Origin: Octopus bimaculoides
Lineage: Eukaryota
Direction: 5' to 3'
Assembly (NCBI RefSeq): GCF_001194135.2
Contig: NC_068984.1
Coordinates: 75,491,875 to 75,555,874 of the forward strand
DNA length: 64,000 bases
A program made the translations under genes and the position numbers. Positions 62,867-64,000 of this stretch are shown here, piece after piece. Each line of letters starts with the position of its first letter. Position 1 is the first letter of the stretch. The notes under the pieces were generated by a model that saw only the letters and a list, made by a program, of their open reading frames with translations, made no database searches and was not told where the DNA came from.

Positions 62867-64000
62867 CTCTTTATTGTGTCTTGTTTTGACATAAAAGAAA
62901 ACCCGTGTAAAAACAGAATAAAAGTATGTAAGCATATTTCAAACACTGACGCAGAAAAATTTACTTATTGGTCCCGATGCACATTTGCTAATAAAGGAGT
63001 AGAGGGAGGCCACCGGTGCTGCATGTTCTCTTCTGGTCAGAGTTAACTCTTATGAACTATTAACTCTCTTGGACAGAGTTAAATGTTCAGAGCAGTGCAG
63101 CTTGCACTTAGCTGAGAAATATCGTATTATAAAACACCTTACGTCAAGAAAGAAAACAATGACAAAGCCAATAATTTATCTGCAGATACAGTCAAATAGT
63201 CATCAACATTTTCATGTGTGGAAGTCGTAAAAGGCCTATAAGCTCTCTGAAGCCGTGAATATACAACACGAAAAGTCGTTACTGAACACGAAAAGCTTGA
63301 AATGTCCAGCATTGCACTAACGAACGGTGTACCAAGAACGATTCCAGAATAGTCGAATCACAACAGTCAGTAATAAACCTACGTAAGTAAACAGTTATGG
63401 TATATAGGCAAATAGATATTTTTCGGAGCATAACAGAGAATTATTCTATCATACCGTAGAGGATTAACGATAAAGTTTAATACAAAACAAAAAATTAAAA
63501 ACATTTTTTTTAAGCGATTATTATGTAAAACGGGGAGACAGTTAAAATAAAACGCCTAATAGCATACAAATATGATATCAACAAGTTGTAAGAAAACCTT
63601 TTACAATTTAATCTGTTATGAAATCTTTACTACATACCGGAGTGTATTTGAATGACAAAAACATGTCGCCCGGAGAGTAGCTATTAACGCTAGATATCTC
63701 ATTTCTATGCAGCTAGACTTCATCTTTGAATGTCATTCTGTTTTAGCTAATTAAATTGCTCTAAGCTTGAAACTTTTAATTTTTATTGAGCATTCTTGTT
63801 ATTTCGTGTTACATAATAGAATAATTCTCAGTAACGCTGCGAAGGATTTATTCACTTATAAAGGTGTATATGTGTATGTGTGTTTGTGAATTTGTATGCA
63901 TATACATATACATATATAGATAATTATACATATATATACACACACTCGCACATATTTACAAGTATACACGCACAACTCACACACACACATATTTATATCT

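Overview
This is a repeat-saturated, AT-rich eukaryotic window. The SINE families and microsatellite load suggest an octopus/cephalopod draft scaffold (inference). It has 16 assembly gaps totalling about 7.0 kb, mostly at microsatellites. I could not identify any intact host gene, and almost all ORFs in the supplied track are microsatellite or N read-throughs. Supported content: at least five tRNA-headed SINE families (some with clean target-site duplications); two R4/Dong-type REL-endonuclease LINE remnants, one nearly full length and abutting (TAA)n; CR1-like and RTE-like LINE fragments; four decayed Tc1/mariner elements; a Helitron with both ends and a RepHel C-terminal remnant; Penelope-like element (PLE) pieces, one with a 151-codon open GIY-YIG frame; several foldback/MITE-like palindromes; and a few low-confidence candidate host exons and promoters. 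The most striking observation is a set of hammerhead-ribozyme-like motifs. There are conventional type I candidates at 308-355 and 14451-14506 and minimal PLE-type motifs at 11.65, 11.87 and 19.6 kb. In two sequence-unrelated PLE-like terminal repeat families (10.1/53.8 kb and 12.27 kb), the hammerhead core strands and helices I and III occur in a strand order that is not a circular permutation of types I-III, i.e. a possible pseudoknotted hammerhead topology. All ribozyme calls were made by eye and are untested.
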